A stretch of 61,729 nucleotides of DNA, from assembly GCA_964610115.1 (NCBI GenBank), contig CAZSUW010000004.1, positions 1 through 61,729 of the forward strand. Direction: 5' to 3'. The DNA comes from an uncultured Algimonas sp. (GTDB lineage Bacteria > Pseudomonadota > Alphaproteobacteria > Caulobacterales > Maricaulaceae). The notes beneath the pieces are model-generated. The model did not search any database. It worked only from the letters and a program-made list of their open reading frames with translations, and was not told the origin of the DNA. Every line of letters starts with the position of its first letter. Position 1 is the first letter of the stretch. A program made the translations under genes and the position numbers. Positions 39,818-49,705 of the stretch are shown one piece after another.

Positions 39818-40741
39818 ATGAAAAACCTCATCAATTTTTTCTTTTCTTTTGATAAATTGTTCAAAGAAAAGCTCGTCGTGCCCGCTTTTTGGTTGGCGAT
39901 CATTTATTACGGTCTGAAATATCTCGTTGAAGCCGTTGATGCCGTAAAACTAGACCCTTTGAACTGGCTCATTGTACCTGTAACGTGGTTTGTGAAAATT
40001 CTTTTCACACTTCTTGTTATTCGCATCGTGGCTGAACTTGCGATGGCGGTGTTCCGGATCAATAATAATCTCTCACCCGATAAAGGCGTGTCAGAGACGG
40101 CCGATATTGACCCCGTTGCAGAAGCCCGTCGCGCGGCCGAAATGGCCGCAAACCGCACACGCGAAGTGACGGCCAGCGCGACAGAGAAGACACGCTCTAC
40201 CTTTAGCGATGTGAAGTCATCTGTTGGCGATACGACGCAATCGCTGACCTCAAAGGCCACAGCGGCGACGGCGGGTCTGGCCGGTGCTGCCTCGTCCTCA
40301 ATCGCGAGCGCGAAGGATAAAGCAGAAGATGTCGTAGACTCTGTAAAAGACGTAACAGGCACACAGAGCGCGTCAGAGCCGGTCAAACGGGGGCGTGGAC
40401 GTCCAAAGGGCTCAACAAACAAAGTTAAAGCAGCGACGGCTTCATCTGCTGACGCACCTGTGAAACGGGGTCGCGGTCGTCCGAAGGGGTCGAAAAATAA
40501 ACCAAAGACAGAGGCGACTTCGGCAACAGCGGATACGGCCGTAAAACGCGGTCGCGGACGCCCCAAAGGTTCTAAAAATAAACCCAAGTCCGCTACAGAA
40601 GCGGCAAAGGCAAAGAGCTCTAACGCGCCTCGTAAACGCGGACCAAAGAAAGGGACAGTCGTTCCTCGTGACGCAGATGGCAATCTCCTGAAAAAAGATG
40701 GGACGCCCCGAAAGAAGCCGGGGCCAAAACCAAAGGCCTAA
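39818..40741 (+). CDS. DUF4282-like membrane domain fused to a basic tail with tandem AT-hook motifs
   Basis: FFSFDKLF...RIVAELAMAVFRINNNL with two transmembrane segments; three VKRGRGRPKGS(T/K)NK repeats. Confidence 0.8.
   Translation: MKNLINFFFSFDKLFKEKLVVPAFWLAIIYYGLKYLVEAVDAVKLDPLNWLIVPVTWFVKILFTLLVIRIVAELAMAVFRINNNLSPDKGVSETADIDPVAEARRAAEMAANRTREVTASATEKTRSTFSDVKSSVGDTTQSLTSKATAATAGLAGAASSSIASAKDKAEDVVDSVKDVTGTQSASEPVKRGRGRPKGSTNKVKAATASSADAPVKRGRGRPKGSKNKPKTEATSATADTAVKRGRGRPKGSKNKPKSATEAAKAKSSNAPRKRGPKKGTVVPRDADGNLLKKDGTPRKKPGPKPKA
40382..40588 (+). repeat. Three intragenic AT-hook-encoding repeats
   Basis: Units start at 40382, 40460 and 40541 (78 and 81 nt apart); protein conserved while codons have diverged. 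Confidence 0.85.
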
Positions 40742-40772
40742 GCCCCAGCCTCACGATCAAAAAAATTTGATG

Positions 40773-40797
40773 GCCCGCATTAAAGTGCGGGCTTTTT
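40773..40797 (+). terminator. Intrinsic terminator
   Basis: GCCCGCAT-TAAA-GTGCGGGC followed by TTTTT. Confidence 0.8.
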
Positions 40798-40838
40798 CGT
40801 TGGGGTCTAAACGGACTACGCAAGCGCCTTAGACTGGT

Positions 40839-41585
40839 TTATTCAATCTTTGCGGCTAAGATAGATAAAGGCAGTGATACCTTTAAAGGTGTCTCGCCGG
40901 CGGCAAAAAGAACGGCTTGGCGTATCTCTGCAAGGGCCTTGGCGTGGCCATCATCTCTTGCGCGCAAATGCGCAGACCAGCTTTCAATGAAATCCATTAA
41001 TTGTCCAGCAGTCCACAATCCGCCTGCATCAAACTGCGGCGCGTTTACTGTCTGAAACGGGCAATATGTGTTCTCGGCTGTATATCCTGACATAGCTAAG
41101 TGATTGCCGGCCGACCAATAGGGGGCGAGACGATCAAACAAGGGGTCGAGATAGTCCGTTTGAATAGGTCCTTCAACTTGGGCGAGACTGTAAACATAGG
41201 CACAGAAAAATGCGCCGGGTTTGGCAATCCGGGTAATCTCCAACCAGAAAGCCTCGCCTGCAAACCAATGTAAAGCGGTTGCAACATTGATCGCATCAAC
41301 GCTCTGCTTAGGCAGGCCCGACTGATCGGCGGGTGCCGTGTGATAGGTGATATGGGCGTGTGGGGTGGCGGCTTTGATTTGGGCGGGATCAATGTCTGTT
41401 GCATCCACATGGTCAAAATATTTGACCAAGGTCTGCGCCGCTTGCCCAGACCCTGTTGCAATATCGAGAGCCCTTTGCATTGAGGGGCTGTTCTCGGCAA
41501 TCCATTCAAAAAGAGCGTCAGGGTAAGTCGGACGCCCTTTGGCGTAGGTCGCGGCTTGTCGGCCAAAGCTAATTGCATTGCTCAT
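40839..41585 (-). CDS. Class I SAM-dependent methyltransferase
   Basis: YAKGRPTYP, LDIATGSGQ and ATALHWF. Confidence 0.9.
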   Translation of the reverse strand: MSNAISFGRQAATYAKGRPTYPDALFEWIAENSPSMQRALDIATGSGQAAQTLVKYFDHVDATDIDPAQIKAATPHAHITYHTAPADQSGLPKQSVDAINVATALHWFAGEAFWLEITRIAKPGAFFCAYVYSLAQVEGPIQTDYLDPLFDRLAPYWSAGNHLAMSGYTAENTYCPFQTVNAPQFDAGGLWTAGQLMDFIESWSAHLRARDDGHAKALAEIRQAVLFAAGETPLKVSLPLSILAAKIE

Positions 41586-41684
41586 AAACGTGAGCCTAGC
41601 AAAGTTTGGCCATCGCACCAGTTTCCGACGCGAGGACCTCTTATGCATTTTCAGAAAGGCTGGATTAACCCGCGCAATTTCTTT

Positions 41685-44285
41685 TTAGGCTGTTCCGTTC
41701 TCGGCCTGAATAACGGCTAATCTTATCCGCCCGCCTGCGGCATCAATTTTGACCTGATCGCCGTCTTTTAGGCGACCACTCAAAAGTTCCCGCGCGAGTT
41801 CATCTTGGACTTGTTTTTGAATGACGCGCTTTAGCGGGCGCGCACCATAGGATGGATCATAGCCCTCACCGCCCAGATGCTCGCGCGCTGCGTCAGTGAG
41901 ATGAAGCGTGATCTGTTTATCGCGCAGCCAGCCTTGTAAGCGCGCCAACTGAATATCGACAATCGCACCCATATGTTCAGGTTTCAGGCGTTCAAACAGC
42001 AAGATTTCATCGACCCGGTTGAGAAACTCCGGACGGAAATGGGCGTTTACCTCGGCCATGACGCCGACTTTGGCTTTCTGTACGCTTTCGCCCTCGCCGA
42101 GGTTCAGCAAATGCTGCGCGCCAATGTTCGACGTCATGATGATCAGCGTATTTTTGAAATCGACTGTGCGCCCTTGCCCGTCCGTCAGTCGGCCTTCGTC
42201 CAAGACTTGCAGCAGAACATTGAAGACATCGGGATGGGCTTTTTCGATCTCGTCAAACAGCACAACCTGATAGGGCCGCCGCCGGATCGCTTCGGTTAGC
42301 GCGCCGCCTTCGTCATAACCAACATAGCCGGGCGGCGCCCCGATCAGGCGCGACACGCTATGCTTTTCCATAAACTCGCTCATATCGATGCGTGTGATGG
42401 CGTCGTCCGTTTCGAACAGGAATTCAGCCAGCGCTTTGGTTAGCTCCGTTTTGCCGACACCCGTCGGGCCGAGGAACATGAAACTGCCGATTGGGCGTTG
42501 CGGATCGCGAAGACCGGCTCGGGCGCGCCGCACAGCGTCAGAAACGGCTTCAATAGCGGTCCCTTGGCCGATCACGCGTGCGCCTAAGATGGCTTCCATC
42601 TCGATCAGTTTTTCGCGTTCGCCTTCTAGCATTTTTTCGACAGGAATGCCGGTCCAGCGCGACACGACTGTGGCAATGATGTCAGGCGTCACGGTTTCGC
42701 TATCGCCCGCGCCGCTTTCATCACGCGCTTCCAGCGTGGCCATTTGCGTTTCCAGTGCCGGAATATCGACATGTTGCAGGCGCCCGGCGGCTTCATAGTC
42801 GCCGCGCCGAACCGCATCGTCAAGTTCAAAGCGCGCGCGTTCCAGCTGTTCTTTCACATCTGTAGCGCTGGCCAGCTTGCTTTTTTCCGCTTCCCAATCG
42901 GCGGTCATTTCGGCGCTTTGCGCGGCTAGCGCCTCAATCTCTTCCAAGCGCTTTTCAAGTCGTTCTTTGGACGCGTCGTCTTTTTCCTGTTTCAGCGCTT
43001 CGACCTCGATCTTCATTTGCACAATCTTGCGGTCGATCTGATCCAGGGCTTCCGGCTTGCTATCGACCTGCATGCGTAGGCGCGAGGCGGCTTCGTCCAT
43101 TAGGTCAATGGCTTTATCGGGCAAAAAGCGGTCCGTGATATAGCGATCCGCCAGTCGCGCGGCGCTGACAATCGCGGCGTCCGAAATGCGAATGCCGTGA
43201 TGAACTTCATATTTTTCCTTCAGGCCCCGGAGGATGGACACAGTGTCTTCGACAGTCGGTTCCGTAACAAATACGGTTAGGAAGCGGCGGGAAAGTGCGG
43301 CGTCTTTTTCCAGATATTTGCGATATTCATCCAGCGTTGTCGCACCAATGCAGTGTAGTTCTCCGCGGGCGAGGGCAGGCTTTAAAAGGTTCGCCGCATC
43401 CATCGCGCCGTCCGTTTTCCCGGCACCGACGAGCTGATGGATTTCATCAATGAACAGGATGATTTGTCCATTGGCCGCTTCGATTTCTTTCAAGACGGCT
43501 TTCAGTCGCTCTTCAAATTCCCCGCGATATTTCGCGCCCGCGACCAGCGCGCCGAGGTCAAGCGCCAGCAAGCGTTTGCCGCGAATGCTTTCGGGCACAT
43601 CGCCAGAGACAATCCGATTGGCGAGACCTTCGGCGATGGCGGTCTTGCCGACTCCGGGTTCACCGATCAGCAACGGATTATTCTTCCCGCGGCGGCTCAG
43701 CACTTGGATCGTCCGGCGAATTTCTTCATCCCGACCAATAACAGGATCGAGCTTGCCGTCGCGGCTGGCTTGAGTCAGGTCGCGCGCATATTTCGCCAGC
43801 GCTTCATACTGATCTTCCGCCGTATCGCTCGTGACCGGATCATCGCGGCGGACAGACCGAATGGCCTCGGTCAGACGCGACGGGTCGAGGCCCGCTTTTT
43901 CCATCGCTTTGCGCAAGTCGGCATCTGCCCCCAGCGCAGTCGCCAGCAATAAGCGTTCCAGCGTCACAAAGGCATCGCCCGCTTTTTTGGCGGCTTTCTC
44001 GGCATTGGCAAAAATTTTTGCGGTGGGTTGGGCGAGGCTGAGCCCGCTTCCGCCTTGGACTTTGGGCTGTTTTTCGACAGCCTGTTCTACGCCACGGAGA
44101 AGCGCATCCACCGGCGTGCCCGCCATTTGGATAAGCTTGCGCGGCAGTTGGCCGTCTTCATTAAGCAGGGCCAGCATAAGGTGGCTCGGCAAAAGTTGTT
44201 GGTGGTCGCGCGTGACGGCTTCTGATTGGGCCTGTTTGATAACGCCCCGCGCACGTTGGGTGTAGGCTTGGATGTCCATGGCCAA
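41685..44285 (-). CDS. clpB: ATP-dependent chaperone ClpB
   Basis: Two AAA+ modules ([16 protein letters not shown]), a long coiled-coil middle domain and GAPPGYVGY. Confidence 0.97.
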   Translation of the reverse strand: MAMDIQAYTQRARGVIKQAQSEAVTRDHQQLLPSHLMLALLNEDGQLPRKLIQMAGTPVDALLRGVEQAVEKQPKVQGGSGLSLAQPTAKIFANAEKAAKKAGDAFVTLERLLLATALGADADLRKAMEKAGLDPSRLTEAIRSVRRDDPVTSDTAEDQYEALAKYARDLTQASRDGKLDPVIGRDEEIRRTIQVLSRRGKNNPLLIGEPGVGKTAIAEGLANRIVSGDVPESIRGKRLLALDLGALVAGAKYRGEFEERLKAVLKEIEAANGQIILFIDEIHQLVGAGKTDGAMDAANLLKPALARGELHCIGATTLDEYRKYLEKDAALSRRFLTVFVTEPTVEDTVSILRGLKEKYEVHHGIRISDAAIVSAARLADRYITDRFLPDKAIDLMDEAASRLRMQVDSKPEALDQIDRKIVQMKIEVEALKQEKDDASKERLEKRLEEIEALAAQSAEMTADWEAEKSKLASATDVKEQLERARFELDDAVRRGDYEAAGRLQHVDIPALETQMATLEARDESGAGDSETVTPDIIATVVSRWTGIPVEKMLEGEREKLIEMEAILGARVIGQGTAIEAVSDAVRRARAGLRDPQRPIGSFMFLGPTGVGKTELTKALAEFLFETDDAITRIDMSEFMEKHSVSRLIGAPPGYVGYDEGGALTEAIRRRPYQVVLFDEIEKAHPDVFNVLLQVLDEGRLTDGQGRTVDFKNTLIIMTSNIGAQHLLNLGEGESVQKAKVGVMAEVNAHFRPEFLNRVDEILLFERLKPEHMGAIVDIQLARLQGWLRDKQITLHLTDAAREHLGGEGYDPSYGARPLKRVIQKQVQDELARELLSGRLKDGDQVKIDAAGGRIRLAVIQAENGTA

Positions 44286-44346
44286 TCACTCCTTCTTTCA
44301 ACTCGGGATGGCGACATGCATTGTGCATATCGCGTTTTCCTTCTTG

Positions 44347-44374
44347 AAATGGGAATGCGGTCCTAAGGTTCAAG
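44347..44374 (-). promoter_or_regulatory. RpoH (sigma32) promoter of clpB
   Basis: CTTGAA-N15-CCCATTT upstream of a heat-shock gene. Confidence 0.8.
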
Positions 44375-44433
44375 CGCTCCTCAGGAAAAACTTGAAGAGG
44401 CCTACCGGATGATGGTCTGGCGTTTCGGCCTGT

Positions 44434-44973
44434 TTACTCTGCAGCGACGGTTTCCGTTTCGCCTTCATCTTTGCGGCGCGGCGCGGCGCGGCGACGCCGC
44501 TTGGGCTTCTCTTCGTCGGATTGATCACCAGAGGTCGTTTCGGCCTTGTCCCCTTCAGAAGACACATTGTCTTCGGACTTTGCTTCGTCATGATCGCGAC
44601 GATTACGGCGGGATCGACGTGGACGACGCTCACCCTCTTCTTCAGGGTCTTCCCCGCGTTCGGCCCGCTCTGCGCGACGGGCTTCGCGTTCCGCTTCGCG
44701 CGCCTCGCGTTCAGCTTCTTTGGCGGCTTCACGGGCTTCACGTTCGGCTTCATGCTGGTTGGCCAGGCGCAGATAATGCTCGGCGTGTTGGCGCAGGCTT
44801 TCCGCTTTGACGCGCTGGCCCGACGTTTTGGCATCCCTGGCAAGCTGCGTATATTTCTCATAGATCGTCGCAGCATTGCCGCGGACTTTTACATCCGGTC
44901 CGTTAGATTCCAACGACCGATTTGTATTGTTCCGGTTATTGTTATTCCGGTTTCTTCCGCGCTGACGCTTCAT
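44434..44973 (-). CDS. DUF4167 domain protein
   Basis: ESNGPDVKVRGNA, YEKYTQLARDA and QHAEHYLR plus a charged disordered tail; lies between prmC and clpB. Confidence 0.9.
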   Translation of the reverse strand: MKRQRGRNRNNNNRNNTNRSLESNGPDVKVRGNAATIYEKYTQLARDAKTSGQRVKAESLRQHAEHYLRLANQHEAEREAREAAKEAEREAREAEREARRAERAERGEDPEEEGERRPRRSRRNRRDHDEAKSEDNVSSEGDKAETTSGDQSDEEKPKRRRRAAPRRKDEGETETVAAE

Positions 44974-45126
44974 TGTGCTGGCCCTGATATTGACGAATGG
45001 CAGCAAGCCGCAACACCGATATGACGTAACCTTTGAACTTATCGGGGGTTACAGTCGCAATGTTTCGGCAAGTTGAGCGGTGTTGGCGGGCCTCTCTGAC
45101 CGAACAAACCAACGTCGCTTAATGTT

Positions 45127-45154
45127 CAACTAGCAAAGCCCCCCGTGATGTCAA
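45127..45154 (-). promoter_or_regulatory. Sigma70-type promoter of the DUF4167 gene, implying a ~150-nt leader
   Basis: TTGACA (45154-45149) and GCTAGTTG (45134-45127). Confidence 0.5.
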
Positions 45155-45193
45155 AGTGTTTTCTCCACAGGACGTCCAATCGGCAAAGGCGCG

Positions 45194-46084
45194 TTATTTT
45201 GGACGCCGACCTTCTATAACGCGCGGTAAGCCCGCCGGGTCGCGGTGCAGCTTAATGTGTTCAAATCCTGATTTTTCGAACAGGCTTGTCACACTGTCCG
45301 CTTGATCGTAGCCGATTTCCACGCCGAGCCACCCGCCCGGATGAAGACGCTCTGGCGCGCCGGGTATAATTGTGCGGTAGGGATCAAGCCCGTCGACCCC
45401 GCCACACAAAGCCAGTTCAGGGTCATAGTCAGCGACCTCAGTCGGTAGATCGGCCATGGCGGCCTCGGTGATGTAGGGAGGGTTACTGACGATTGCGTGC
45501 CATTTCTGCTCGGGGAGTAGGCTGTACCAATTGGATCGGTAAAACCTTAGTCGCGTCATTACCCCGTGAGCTTCGGCATTTTGAAAAGCCGATTTCAACA
45601 AATTCATCGAATAATCTGTTGCCGTAACATGAGCATCGGTCCTTTCCGCCAGCAGGCTGATTGCCAGCGCCCCGCTGCCCGTCCCCAAATCCAGTAAATG
45701 CGGTTTCTCAAGATCGCGAACGGCTTCCAGCGCTGCCAGTAGCAGCACTTCTGTATCGCCCCTTGGGCTCAGAACATGGTCAATGACAAAACGACGTCCG
45801 TAAAATTCCCGCCAGCCCAAGATGCGGTCGACGGGTTCACCGGTCAGGCGTCGATCCGCTGCGGTGCGTAAGCGGTCCAGCGCTTCTGCGGGCACGACGT
45901 CTTTGCCGCGCGCGATATACTCAGAATGGCTAAGACCTGTCAGACCCAGCAGAAGGTCCAGGGCGTCTTCCTCCGCAAAAGGCAATTTGGCGTCGCGGAA
46001 TTGCTCCGCCATGAAGCGCTTGGCGGAGTGGTAATTCAAGCCGCTATAGGGCGGATATGTTCGTATCGGCGCGTTCACAGGCAC
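45194..46084 (-). CDS. prmC: Release factor glutamine methyltransferase
   Basis: GEPVDRILGWREFYG, LDLGTGSG and SNPPYI. Confidence 0.93.
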   Translation of the reverse strand: MPVNAPIRTYPPYSGLNYHSAKRFMAEQFRDAKLPFAEEDALDLLLGLTGLSHSEYIARGKDVVPAEALDRLRTAADRRLTGEPVDRILGWREFYGRRFVIDHVLSPRGDTEVLLLAALEAVRDLEKPHLLDLGTGSGALAISLLAERTDAHVTATDYSMNLLKSAFQNAEAHGVMTRLRFYRSNWYSLLPEQKWHAIVSNPPYITEAAMADLPTEVADYDPELALCGGVDGLDPYRTIIPGAPERLHPGGWLGVEIGYDQADSVTSLFEKSGFEHIKLHRDPAGLPRVIEGRRPK

Positions 46085-46142
46085 CCATTAGCGAAGCCAT
46101 TTTCACAGCGATAGGCCTAACTGCGACGCCGGTTTTTGGACG

Positions 46143-46610
46143 CTATGATTGTGCGACGGCGTCCTGTATTTTGCTCAGGATCGTGGGAGCCGCGTCGTCT
46201 TTCGTGATTTTCTGGATCACGGCCTGATCATCCAGATCGACCAAGAAAAGCTGACCCGTTTTCACCTTGCCATCCAAAGCGCTGCGAATAGCGGGCCCGA
46301 CGCCAGCCGCCTCAGCCGCCGCGAAAAAGGCCTCGTCGTCCTTATCCGTATAATCAAGCGTGACAAACTCTGCGCCCGGAATGGGTCCCATGCCTTGGAC
46401 TTTCTTCACGGCAGGGTCGAGAACTTTGCAGCTACCACACCAGTCTGCGTAGATGAGGACGGCTTTTGTTTTAACCGGCATATCAGCGACAGAGGAGACG
46501 ACCTCCTGAGCGACTGATGATGGGGCCTCCGATATTGCAGGGGCATCGGCATTGGAACAGCCGATCAGTAAAGCCGCACCCGCGATGAGATAAAATGGTG
46601 AACGTGTCAT
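46143..46610 (-). CDS. Thioredoxin-fold lipoprotein
   Basis: Lipobox LIGC, YADWCGSCK and a GGAGG RBS. Confidence 0.85.
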   Translation of the reverse strand: MTRSPFYLIAGAALLIGCSNADAPAISEAPSSVAQEVVSSVADMPVKTKAVLIYADWCGSCKVLDPAVKKVQGMGPIPGAEFVTLDYTDKDDEAFFAAAEAAGVGPAIRSALDGKVKTGQLFLVDLDDQAVIQKITKDDAAPTILSKIQDAVAQS

Positions 46611-46660
46611 AGAGCCTCCGTTGATTTGTGTGCGTTAACAGACGGATGCGTTAGCGGCTG

Positions 46661-47422
46661 TCACGATCCCGTGATTTGCGGGCCCGTGATATGCGGACTG
46701 AGTGTACGCCAAAGCCGCTCTAAATCCTGCGGGCGCGACAGGGAATGATCGCCGCCTTTGATCAGTTTGTAGCTGACCCGATCGCTTTGCAGCTTATCAA
46801 TAATGGCCCGCGAATAGTCGGGCGGGACCACCATATCCTCCAAACCTTGCAGAATATCGATGGGACAGGTGAGGGGAATGGGCGCGTCCAAAATCTGCCG
46901 AGCGCGCCCATCCTCGATCAAGGCGCGACTATAAGCATAGGGCTCCTCATAATCTGACGGCTCAAAAACGACACCGTCTTCGATCAACATTTGCCGTTTA
47001 TGATCATCCCATCCGGCCCAGACCATTTTTTCGGTAAAGTCCGGTGCGGGATTTATCAGGACGAGGGCCTTAACAACATCTGGTCGATCCAGCGCGGCGA
47101 GCAGAGACGCCCATCCGCCCATGGACGACCCAACCAAGACGCAGCCTTGCGCGCCGAAGCGGTCAATCATCGCGACTGTATCAGACGCCCAACGCGAAAT
47201 CGTCCCATCGATAAAATCGCCGCCGCTGACCCCGTGACCGAAATAGTCAAATCGGACGAAAGCCTGGCCCATATCAGCGCAACGTTCATGCAGAAAGACG
47301 GCCTTAGACCCCTCCATATCGCTCTTTAGGCCGCCGCACCATATCACGGTCGGGCCACGGCCTTCGACGCGTTTATAGGCTAATGACGTACCGTCATGGT
47401 TGAACTGTTCGTGTTGGCTCAC
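46661..47422 (-). CDS. Alpha/beta hydrolase
   Basis: RFDYFGHG, GSSMGG and GGDHSLSR. Start moved to GTG 47422 to avoid overlapping the divergent gene. Confidence 0.88.
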   Translation of the reverse strand: MSQHEQFNHDGTSLAYKRVEGRGPTVIWCGGLKSDMEGSKAVFLHERCADMGQAFVRFDYFGHGVSGGDFIDGTISRWASDTVAMIDRFGAQGCVLVGSSMGGWASLLAALDRPDVVKALVLINPAPDFTEKMVWAGWDDHKRQMLIEDGVVFEPSDYEEPYAYSRALIEDGRARQILDAPIPLTCPIDILQGLEDMVVPPDYSRAIIDKLQSDRVSYKLIKGGDHSLSRPQDLERLWRTLSPHITGPQITGS

Positions 47423-47435
47423 TAGGGGCGCTCCT

Positions 47436-48569
47436 ATGTCGTCGTCGCCTTCATACAGTGTGTTGCAAGTCCTGCCAGCCTTGGATGCGGGCGGGGTGGA
47501 GCGGACGACGCTGGAAGTATCGGATGCCTTGGTCCAAGCAGGGCACGCCGCGCATGTCGTCAGTGCTGGCGGGCGCATGGTGCCAGAGCTGCTGGATCTT
47601 GGCGCGAAACACTACACGATGAATGTCGGGTCCAAGCGGCTCTTGTCATTTCCATGGCGCGTAGCGGCGCTGCGGCGGCTGATCCATCACACCAAGGCTA
47701 ATATTGTCCACGCCCGGTCTCGCGCCCCGGCCTGGGCGGCGTGGCGCGCCGCGATTGCTGAAAACGTTCCCTTTGTGACAACCTATCACGGCATCTATAA
47801 TGAAGGTTTTCCCGGCAAGCGGCGCTATAATTCGATCATGGCCCGCGGCGACGTCGTAATCGCCAATAGTAGTTTTACTGCCGATCATATTCAGGCGACA
47901 CACAAGACGCCGGCCAGTCGGATTGTCACTATCCCACGCGGCGTAGATATGGACCGCTTTGATCCGAAGGTCGTCTCTACAGAGGCAGTTAAAGCGCGGC
48001 GTAGGTCTTGGGGTGTGCCGGATGCGGCGAAACTCGTCCTACTGCCGGGTCGGCTGACGGGTTGGAAAGGCGGCGAGGTCGCTATCCGCGCACTCGCTAA
48101 ATTACCTGATGATTATCACCTCGTGCTGTTGGGTGACGCGCAAGGTCGAGACGGTTTTGTCGCGAAGTTGGATGCGCTGGCCAAAGAATTGAATGTGCCA
48201 GACCGTATCCATAAACCCGGCCACGACACGGATATGCCGACCGCCTATCGTGCCGCTGATATCGTGATCTGTCCGTCAACAGATCCAGAAGCCTTTGGGC
48301 GCACAGCGGCAGAGGCCCAGGCGATGGAACGCCCTGTTGTGGCGAGTGCGCATGGCGGTGCGCTGTCAGTCGTCAATGATAAAAAAACTGGTTACTTAGT
48401 TCCGCCGGGGAATGCGATAGCATTGGCAAAGGCGATTAAAGCCTGCGATCGCTTGCCGGATGTTGGACCTGTCGGGCGAACCCGTATTGAGAAGAAATTT
48501 TCAAAACGCGCGCTACAAGCGGCAACATTGCGGGTCTATGCACGTCTTTTAGGCCAAAATGCACAGTAA
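47436..48569 (+). CDS. Glycosyltransferase family 4
   Basis: GGVERTT, HARSRAPAW, PGRLTGWKG and EAFGRTAAEAQA. Confidence 0.92.
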   Translation: MSSSPSYSVLQVLPALDAGGVERTTLEVSDALVQAGHAAHVVSAGGRMVPELLDLGAKHYTMNVGSKRLLSFPWRVAALRRLIHHTKANIVHARSRAPAWAAWRAAIAENVPFVTTYHGIYNEGFPGKRRYNSIMARGDVVIANSSFTADHIQATHKTPASRIVTIPRGVDMDRFDPKVVSTEAVKARRRSWGVPDAAKLVLLPGRLTGWKGGEVAIRALAKLPDDYHLVLLGDAQGRDGFVAKLDALAKELNVPDRIHKPGHDTDMPTAYRAADIVICPSTDPEAFGRTAAEAQAMERPVVASAHGGALSVVNDKKTGYLVPPGNAIALAKAIKACDRLPDVGPVGRTRIEKKFSKRALQAATLRVYARLLGQNAQ

Positions 48570-48672
48570 TTTATAGACCTTATGCGGGCCTTGCCGCTTG
48601 AACCCTTGCGCGCAAACGGCCATATTGCGGCGCGCCACACTATCGGCGCATAGATACTGAAAGAGAACGACC

Positions 48673-49212
48673 ATCGCTAGACGACCTCATGCCGCTCAGC
48701 CGGCCAAAAAACCAAAAGGCCCGCGGATCAACCGGGACATCACCGCCCCGCGCGTGCTTTTGATCGCCGAAGATGGGGATAAACGTGGCGTTGTGCCGAT
48801 TGCTGAAGCCTTGGCAGAGGCCCAACGATCAGGTCTGGATCTCGTCGAAGTCGCGCCGGGTGAAACGCCCGTCTGCAAAGTTCTCGATTACGGGAAAATG
48901 CGCTTTGAAGCGCAAAAGAAAAAGGCTGCCAATCGTAAGAGCCAGCGCACAAGCTCGCTCAAAGAAATTAAAATGCGTCCGAATATCGATACGCATGACT
49001 ATATGGTCAAAACGAAGAAAATGACCGAGTTCTTCGAACGTGGCGACAAGGTCAAAGTAACCGTCCGTTTCCGGGGTCGCGAAATGGCGCATATGGACCG
49101 CGGCATGGACCTGATGGGTCGTGTCAAAGAAGACTTCGAAGAGATTGCCAAGGTCGAGTTTGAACCCAAGACCGAAGGCCGCCTGATGGTCATGGTGATG
49201 GCGCCGCGCTAA
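48673..49212 (+). CDS. infC: Translation initiation factor IF-3 (ATC start)
   Basis: [22 protein letters not shown] and RFRGRE. The frame extends 27 codons above GTG 48754 to an ATC after a purine-rich tract; non-AUG starts are typical of infC. Confidence 0.95.
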   Translation: MARRPHAAQPAKKPKGPRINRDITAPRVLLIAEDGDKRGVVPIAEALAEAQRSGLDLVEVAPGETPVCKVLDYGKMRFEAQKKKAANRKSQRTSSLKEIKMRPNIDTHDYMVKTKKMTEFFERGDKVKVTVRFRGREMAHMDRGMDLMGRVKEDFEEIAKVEFEPKTEGRLMVMVMAPR

Positions 49213-49260
49213 AGCTGCGAAAAGGCGGTAGCCTTACAGACTTCAAATCACTCTGGATAT

Positions 49261-49385
49261 GGCGGCGGGCAACACACCCGCCTGTTAGGCCCAACGTCTT
49301 CCACAGCAATGCGGAGCACTGTCGTGAAGGGGCAGGACGACGGGTCCATCAGGCCGGTGTGCGGCGTTTCCGAAACCCACATATT
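49261..49385 (-). ncRNA. Candidate structured RNA (three-way junction flanked by hairpins)
   Basis: Several stems pair fully only on the minus strand through G-U pairs; see findings. Confidence 0.4.
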
Positions 49386-49492
49386 TCTCGAAAACACACC
49401 AATAAATAGTATTTAGAGCTTTAAATCAGGTTAAAGCGTTTGAAATCTGTGGGTTAGGGCTCAATCGTTGGGAGGCTTGGATGGGCCGTTGT

Positions 49493-49705
49493 TCATCGGC
49501 CTGTTTCAAATCCCGCAATATTGACCAGATGCACAAATAGCATGAAGCCCACTGCGATAGCGCAGAGTGCGATGGGCATCCATGGCATGCGATAGGGGCG
49601 AATATCCGTCTTTTCTTTAAAACGTCCCCGTATGCCGGCAAAGGCCAATGCCGCACACATAACGATACCGGTAAGCGTTAAGATGAGGTCGGTTTGGGGG
49701 TCCAT
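49493..49705 (-). CDS. Small two-transmembrane protein
   Basis: 70 aa with two hydrophobic helices; overlaps the end of the GT2 gene. Confidence 0.7.
   Translation of the reverse strand: MDPQTDLILTLTGIVMCAALAFAGIRGRFKEKTDIRPYRMPWMPIALCAIAVGFMLFVHLVNIAGFETGR

Noticed and set aside
40382-40588. Regularly spaced repeats resembling a CRISPR array
   Set aside because: In-frame coding repeats with synonymous divergence; no cas genes in the window.
39907-40683. 258-aa antisense ORF with GRPRPR repeats
   Set aside because: A mirror of the AT-hook gene's repeats with no independent support.
44370-45024. Alternative-frame ORFs over the DUF4167 gene
   Set aside because: Low-complexity shadows; only the 44434-44973 frame carries family motifs.
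49421-49434. TTAA-N6-TTAA as a CtrA site
   Set aside because: The spacer is 6 nt rather than the 7 nt of the consensus.
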